Source: the human T2T-CHM13v2.0 reference genome, Homo sapiens. From it: a DNA stretch of 64,000 nucleotides. The DNA is taken from NCBI RefSeq assembly GCF_009914755.1, contig NC_060931.1; one strand, 5' to 3'. This document shows, one piece after another, positions 56,472 through 64,000 of this stretch (within the stretch, counting starts at the first letter, position 1; each line of letters starts with the position of its first letter). The notes under the pieces were generated by a model that did no database searches, had not been told where the DNA came from, and worked only from the letters and a program-made list of their open reading frames with translations. A program made the translations under genes and the position numbers.

Positions 56472-56752
56472 TTTTTTTTTTTTTGAGATGGATTCTTGCT
56501 CTGCCACCCAGGCTGGAGTGCAGAGCTCACTGCAAGCTCTGCCTCCTGGGTTCATGCTATTCTCCTGCCTCAGCCTCCTGAGTAGCTGGGACTAAAGGTG
56601 CCCACCACCATGCATGGCTAAATTTTTTTATTTTTAGAAGAAACGAGGTTTCACCGTGTTAGCTAGGATTGTCTCAATCTCCTGACATTGTGATCTGCCT
56701 GCCTCAGCCTCCCAGAGTGCCAGGATTACAGGCATGAGCCATTGTGCCCAGT
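56472..56752 (-). mobile_element. Near full-length, heavily CpG-decayed Alu (AluY/AluSc-like diagnostics) with ~12-bp internal deletion
   Basis: Poly-T 56,472-56,484, then GAGATGGATTCTTGCTCTGCCACCCAGGCTGGAGTGCAG[~12 bp missing]AGCTCACTGCAAGCTC...TCACCGTGTTAGC...GGATTACAGGCATGAGCCATTGTGCCCAG. Degenerate TSD GGAATCACTCTTT (56,462-56,474) / GGTAACCACTCTTT (56,753-56,766). Subfamily call is tentative. Confidence 0.93.
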
Positions 56753-59700
56753 GGTAACCACTCTTTATGGAGACTCTGTGAAGAGACAATTGGGAGTAAA
56801 TTGTGGCCTAATGGGAAAAACTGAATATCTCCAGATAAAAACCAGAACCAAGCTATCTATCTGTTAAACTGCTTTGGGATGTGTGGATTTATCTCACAGA
56901 GTTAAACCTTTGTTTTGATTCAGCAGGTTGGAAACACTTTGTAAAATCTTCAGAAAGACATTTGGGAGCACATTGTAGGCCTAAGGGGAAAAAAAGAATG
57001 TCCACAGATGAAAACTAGAAAGAAGCTATCTGTGAAATTGCTTTGCCATTTGTGGATTCACCGTACAGAGGCAAACCTTTCCTTTGATTCAGCAGTTTGG
57101 AAACACTCTTTTTGGAGAATATGTGAAGTGATATTTGGGAGCCCATTGAGGCCTATGGGGAAAAACTGAACAACTTCAGATAAAAATTAAAAGAAGCTAC
57201 ATCTGAAACTGATATTTGAGGTGTGAATTCAAGTCCCAGAGAATGTGCAAAAAGACATTAGAAAGCCCATCGAGACTTATAGGAAAAACCCCAATATGCC
57301 CAGATAAAACTGAAAGGAAACTATACGTAAAACTGATTTTTGATATGTGGATTCAGCTGACATAGTTAAACCATTATTTTGATTCAGAAGGTTGGAAACA
57401 CTTTTCTGGAGATTCTGCAAAGGGACATTTGGGAGCTCAGTGAGGGCTATGGTGAAAACTTGAATATCCCCAGGTAAAAACTAAAAAAAAGTGATACAAG
57501 AAACTGTTATGTGATGTTTGGATTCATCTCACAGAGTTAAAACTTTCTCTTGATTGATCAGCCTAGAAACACTCTATTTTGTGAAATCTGTGAAAGGACG
57601 TTTGGGAGCCCATTGAGGCCTAAGAGGTAAAAGAGATTATCCCAGAATAAAAACTAGAGGATAGTTATTTCTGAAACTGCTTTGTGACAGGTAGATTCAT
57701 CTTAGAAGGTAAACCTATCTTTTCAATCAGTAGGTTGGAAGCATTCTTTTTCTAGAATCTGTGAAGGGACATTTTGAAGCCTGTTGAGGCCTATGGGAAA
57801 AACCAAAATTTCCCCAGATAAAAAATAGAAAGAAGCTACTTGTGAAGTTGCTTTCTGATGTGTGGATTCATCTCACAGAATTAAGCCTTTCTGTTGATTC
57901 AGCAGGTTGGACACACTCTTTTTCGAAAATCTGTGAAGGGAAATTTGGAAGCCAATGAGGCCTATTGGGAAAATTTTAATATCCCAAGATAAAAACTAGA
58001 AAGAAGCTTTTGGTGAAAATGCTTTGTTATGTGTGGATTAACCTCACTGACTTAAACATTTCCTTTCATTCAACAGGTTTGACACACTCTTTTTGGAGAA
58101 TCTACGAAGGGTCATTTAGGAGCCCATAGGGGCCTATGGGGAAAAACTGAATATCCCCAAATAAAAAACTAGAAAAAAGCACTCTGTGAAACTACTTTGT
58201 GATGTGTGGATTCATCTCACAGAGTTACAACCCCTTTTTTGATGCAGCAGGTTAGAAACACTCTTTTTGATGTATTTGTGAAGGGACATTGGGAGCCCAT
58301 TGTGGCCTATGAGGAAAAACTGAATATCCCCAGATTAAAAGCTAGAAGAAAAATCATCTGTTAAACTGCTTTCTGATGTGTGGATTCATCTCACAGTGTT
58401 AAACCTTTCTTTTCTTTCTGCAGGTTGGAAACACTCTTCTTGGAGAATCTGCAAAGGGACATTTGGTAGCCCATTTAGTCCTATTGGGATAAACCAAATA
58501 TCCCCAGAAAAAAAATTAGAAAGAAGTTATCTGTGAAACTGCTTTGTGATGTGTGGATTCATCTCACAGAGTTAAACCCTTCTTTTGATACAGTAGGCTG
58601 GAAACACTCTTTTTGTAGAATCTGAGTAGAGACATTTGGGAACTTATTGAAACCTATGAGGAAAAACCTCAATATCCACAGATAGAGATTAGAGAGAAGC
58701 TCTTAGTGAAACAGCTTTATGAAGCATAGATTGGTCTCAAAGAGTTAAAACTTTCTTTTGATTTAGCAGGCTGGAAATACTGTTTTTGGTGAATCTGCAT
58801 AGGGATATTTTGGGGCCCTTTGAGGCCTACGTGGCACAAAAAAATATACACAGGTAAAAACTAGAAGAAGCAATATGTGAAACTGCTTTGTGATGGATGC
58901 ATTCATCTCTGAGATTTCAAACTTTATTTTGATTTAGCAGGTTTGAAACACTCCTTTTGGAGAATCTGTGAAGGAACATTTATGAGCCTTTTGTGGTCTG
59001 TGTGGAAAAACAGGATATGCCCAGATTAACACTAGAAAAAAGCTATCTGTGAGACTGCTTTATGATGCTCAGATTCAGCCCACAGGGCTAAACTTTTCTT
59101 TGGTTCAACAAGTTGGAAACACTGTTATAGGATATGTGAAGGGACATTTTGATCCCATTAAGGCCTATGGGGCATAACCAAATATCCCCTGAAAAAGACC
59201 AAGAAGGAGGTATCTGTGAAACTGTTTTGTGATGTGTGGATTCATCCAACAGAGTTAAACATTTCTTTTGATTAAGCAGGTTAAAAACAGTCTTTTTCTG
59301 CAAATCTGTGAAGGGACTTTTGGGAGGCCATTGAGGCCTATGGAGAAAAACTGAATATCCCCAGATAAAAAATAGAAAGAAGCTCTCTGTGAAGCTGCTT
59401 TGTGATTTTTGGTTTCAACTCACAGCAGTAAACATTTACTTTGATTTAGAAGGTTGGAAAATCTCTTTTTGGAGAATCTGTGAAGCAACATTTTGGAGCC
59501 CATTGAGGCCAATGAGGAAATACCAAATATCCCCAGATAAAAACTAGAAATAAAGTATCTGTGAAAATTATTTGTGATGTGTGGATTAACCTAACAAAAT
59601 TAGATCTTTCTTTTGATTCAGCAGGTTGGAAAAACTCTTTTTAAAGGATCTGTGAAGGGACATTTGGGACCCCATTGAGACCTATGAAGGAAAACTGAAA

Positions 59701-62700
59701 ATCCCTAAATAAAAAGTAGAAAGATGTTACCTGTGAAAATGCTTTGTGATGTGTGGATTCATCTCAGAGTTAAACCTTTCTTTTGATTCAGCATGTTGGA
59801 AATTCTCTTTTTGGAAAATTGGTGATGAGACATTTGGGAGTCCTTTGAGGCCTATGGAGAAAAACTGAATATCCCCAACAAAAACTGGAAAGAATCTATC
59901 TGTGAGACTACTAGGAGATGTGTGGATTCATCTCACAGAGTTAAACCTTTCTTTTATTGCAGTAGGTTGGAAGCACTCTTTTTTAAGAATCTGTGAAGGG
60001 ACATTTGGGAACCCATTGAGGCATACAGGAAAACCCAGATATCCCCAGATAAAAACTAGAAAGAAGCTATATTTAAAATGGCTTTTTGAAGTGTGGATTC
60101 ATCTCACAGGGTTAAACCTTTCTTTTGATTCAGCATGTTGTAAACACTTTTTCTGTAGAATCTGTGAAGGGACATTTCAGAGCACATTGCAGCCTATGCT
60201 GAAAAAGAGAAAATCCCCAGATAAATACCAGAAACAAGCTACCTATGAAACTGATTTGAGATGTGTGGTTTCTTCTCACAGAGTTTAACCTTTCTTTTAA
60301 TTCAGCTGGTTGGAAACCGTACTTTTTTAGAATATGTGAAAGGACATTTGGGAGTACATTGAGGCCAGTGGTGACAAACCAAATAACTCCAGATAAAAAG
60401 TGGAAGGAAGCTATCTGTGAAACTGCTTGGTGATGTATGGATTCACCTTACAGAGTTAAACCTTCCCTTAATTCAACAGGTTGGAAATACTCTCTTTGAA
60501 GAATCTGTGAAGAGTTATTTTGGAGCCCATTGGGGCCTATGCGGAAAAACCAATATCTCCAGATAAAAACTACAAAGAAACAAGCTGTTAAACTGCTTTG
60601 TGATGTGTGGATTCATCTCACAGAATTGAAGCTTTCTTTTCATTCAGCAGATTGCAAACACTCTTTTTGGAGAATCTGCAAAAAGACATTTGGGTGCCCA
60701 TCATGGCCTATGGAAAAAAAACTGATTTATGCCTAGATGACACTAAAAGGAAGTTATGCATAAAACAGTTTTTGATGTGTTGATTCAACTCACAGAGTTA
60801 AACCACTCTTTTGATTCAGCAGATTGGAAACACTTTGTTTGGAGATTCAGTGAAGGGACATTTTGGAGCCAATTTAGGCCTACAAGAAAAAACTGAATAT
60901 TTCCAGAAAAACTATGAAGAAGCTTTCTGATGTGTGGATTCATCTCACAGAGACCAACCTTCCTATTGATTCTTCGGCTTGGTAACACTGTTTTTAGAGA
61001 ATATGTGAGGAAACATTTGGGAGCACATTGAGGCCTAGGGGGAGAAACAAAATATCCCCACATACAAACTACAAAGAAGCTATCTGTGAAACTGCTTTGT
61101 GATGTCTGGATTCATCACACAGAGTTGAATTTTCTTTTGATTCTAGGGATTGGAAACACTCTTCAGAGAATCGGTGAAGGGCCATTTAAAAGCCCTTTGA
61201 GGCCTACAGGAAAAAATGGAATATTCCTAAATAAATGCTAGGAAGAAGCTACCTGTGAAACTGCTTTGTGATGTGTGGATTCATGTCACAGATTTAAACC
61301 TGCCTTTTGATTCAGCAGATTGGAAACACTTTTTTTGTAGAATCTGTGAAGTGATATTTGGGAGCCCTTTGAGGCCTATGGGGAAAATATGACTACTTTC
61401 AGATAAAAACTTGAAAAAAAGCTAACTGTGAAACTGCTTGGTGATGTGTTGATTCATCTCACAGAGTTAAACCTTACTTTTGATTCAAAAGGTTAGAAAC
61501 ACTCTTTTTAGAGTATTTGCGAAAGGACACTTGGGAGCCCTTTGAGACCTATGGGAAAAAACTGAATATCTCCAGATAAAAACTAGAAAGACGCCATCTG
61601 TGCAACTGCTTTCTAATGTGTGGATTCATCTCACAGAGTTAAACCTTTCTTTTTAATCAGTAGGTTGGAAAATTCTTTTTGTAGAATATGTGAAGGGACG
61701 TTTTGGAGTCCATAGAGGCCTATGGAAAAAAACCTAATATCCCCAGATAAAACCTAGAAAGAAGCTATCTGTGAAAGTGCTTTTGGCTTTGTGGATTCAT
61801 CTTACACATTTAATTTTTGCTTTCAACTTAGCAGGTTGTAAACACTATTTTTGGAGAATTTACAAAGAAACATTTGGGAGCCCATTGAGGACTATGGGGA
61901 AAAAAAACAGAATATACCCAGATGAAAAGTACAAAGAAGCTATCTGTGAAACTGCTTTGATTTGTGTGGATTAAACTCACATAGTTAAACATTTCTTTTG
62001 ATGAAGCAGATTGGAAACTTTCTTTGGAGAATTTTCAAAAGGACATTTGGGAGCCAAATGAGGCCTATGGGGAAAACTGAATATCTCCAGCTACAAACTA
62101 GAAAGAAGCTTTCTGTGATACTTCTTGGTTATGTGTGGATTAGTCTCACAGAGTTAAAACTTTCCTTTGGTTCAGCACGTTGGAAACACTCTTTATAGAG
62201 AATCTGCTAAGGGACTTTTTGGAGCACATTGAGGCCTAAGGGGAAAAAAAAATAACCCCATATAAAACTAGAAAGAAGCCATCTGTGAAACAGCTTTGTG
62301 ATGTGTGAATTCATCACACAGAGTTAAATGTTCTTTTGATATGCACTTTGAAAACACCCTTTTTGGAGAATCTGTGAAAGGACATTTTAGAGCTCATTGA
62401 GGTGTGAGGGAATAAACTGAATATTCCTACAAAAAACTAGAAAAAAATAGTCTGTGAAACTGCTTTGTGATGCGTGGTTTCATCTCACAGAATTAAACTT
62501 TTCTTTTGATTCACCACGTTTGAAACACTCTTTTTCGATAATCTGTGAAGGGACACTTGAGAGCCCTTTGAGGCCTACGGGGAAAAACCACATAATTCCA
62601 GATAAACTAGACAGAAGCTGTATTTGGAAATGGTTTTTAATGTGTGGATTCAACTCACAGAGTTAAAACTGTTTTGATTCAGCATGGTGGAAACTCTCTT

Positions 62701-64000
62701 TTTGGAGAATCTGCAAAGCGTCATTTGAGAGCCCATTGAGGCCTGTGGGAAAAAAATGAATATGCCCTGATAAAAATAAGAAAGAAGATATCTGTGAAAC
62801 TGCCTTGTGATGTGTGGATTCATCTCAAAAGTTAAACCTTTCCTTTGATTAAACAGGTTGGAAACACTCTTTTCATACAATCTGCAAAGGGATATTTTGG
62901 AGCCTATTGTGGCCTATGGAGAAAAAGAGAATATCCCCAGATAGGAAGGAGAAAGAATGTGTCTGTGAAACTGCTTTTTGACGTGTTGATTCATCTCAGA
63001 GCTTTAAAACTTTCTTTTGATTCGGCATGTTGAAAACACTTTTTTTGGAGAATCTGCAAAGGGATACTTCAGAGTTTATTGAGGCATACCGGGAAAAACT
63101 GAATACCCTGAAATAAAATCTAGAAAGAATCTAACTGTGAAACTGCTTTGTGACCTATGGATTCATCTCAAAGAGTCAAAAACTTTCTTTTGATTCAGCA
63201 GGTTGTAAACACTCTTCTTGGAGAATCCGTGAAAAAACATTTTGGAGCCCATTGAAGCTTATTGGGAAACTTCAAATATCACCAGATAAAAACTAGAAAG
63301 CGGCTATCTGTGAAACTGCGTTGTGATGTGTGGATTCATCTCACAGAGATAAATGATCCTTTTGATTCGGTAGGTTGGAAACGCTCTTTTTGGACAATCT
63401 GCAAAGGGACATTTGGGATCCCATTGAGACCTGTGAGGAAAAACCGAATATCCCCAAATAAAAAATAGAAAGAAGCTATCTGTGAAACTGCTTTGTGATG
63501 TGTGCATTCATCTCACAGATTGAACCTTTGTTTTGATTCAGCAGGTTGGAAACTCTTTTTGGAGAATTTGTGAAGAAATATTTGGGAGCTTATTGAGGCC
63601 TATGGAAAAACAATTGCTATCTCCAGATAAACACTAGAAAGAAGCTATCAGTGAAACTGCATTGTAATATGTGGATTCACCTCACTGAGTTATACCATTG
63701 TTTTGATTCAGCAGGTTGGAGAAACTTTTTTAAAAGAATCTGCGAAGGACCTTTTGAGAGCCTAATGAGGCCTGTGGGGAAAACTTCATATCCCCTGATA
63801 AAAACTAGAAAGAAGCTATCTGTGAAACTGCTTTGTAATGTGTGGATTCATCTCATAGAGGTAAACCTTTATTTTGATTGAGCAGGTTAGAACTACACTT
63901 TTTGGAGGATCAGTGAGGGGGCATTTTGGAGTCATTGAGGCCTACTGGGAAATAAAAAATATCCCCAGATAAAAATTAGAAAGAAGCTATCTGTGAAACT
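56753..64000 (+). repeat. Alpha-satellite array, divergent monomeric
   Basis: ~171-bp monomers continue to the window end. Confidence 0.98.

Overview
The whole 64 kb window is primate alpha-satellite DNA: about 370 tandem ~171-bp monomers of the old, divergent 'monomeric' pericentromeric type. I saw no CENP-B boxes by eye; A-type (pJalpha-like) boxes occupy that position. Bases 1-~15,580 are inverted relative to the conventional consensus and ~15,613-64,000 are in consensus orientation. The switch is a complex junction with short templated fragments and an 11-bp fold-back. Two minus-strand Alus with AluY-type diagnostics interrupt the array (44,244-44,541 and 56,472-56,752). Diagnostic monomer positions change stepwise along the window, defining at least four successive layers. 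The first layer is an irregular two-type array in which one type carries a 9-bp-stem hairpin. Many degenerate multi-monomer duplications (relic HOR-like units), microduplications, deletions and templated insertions are visible. All ORFs in the track are spurious translations of satellite or Alu sequence, and no protein-coding or RNA genes are supported. I found no new gene system; the interesting signal is structural and evolutionary. All alignments and counts were done by eye and need computational confirmation.
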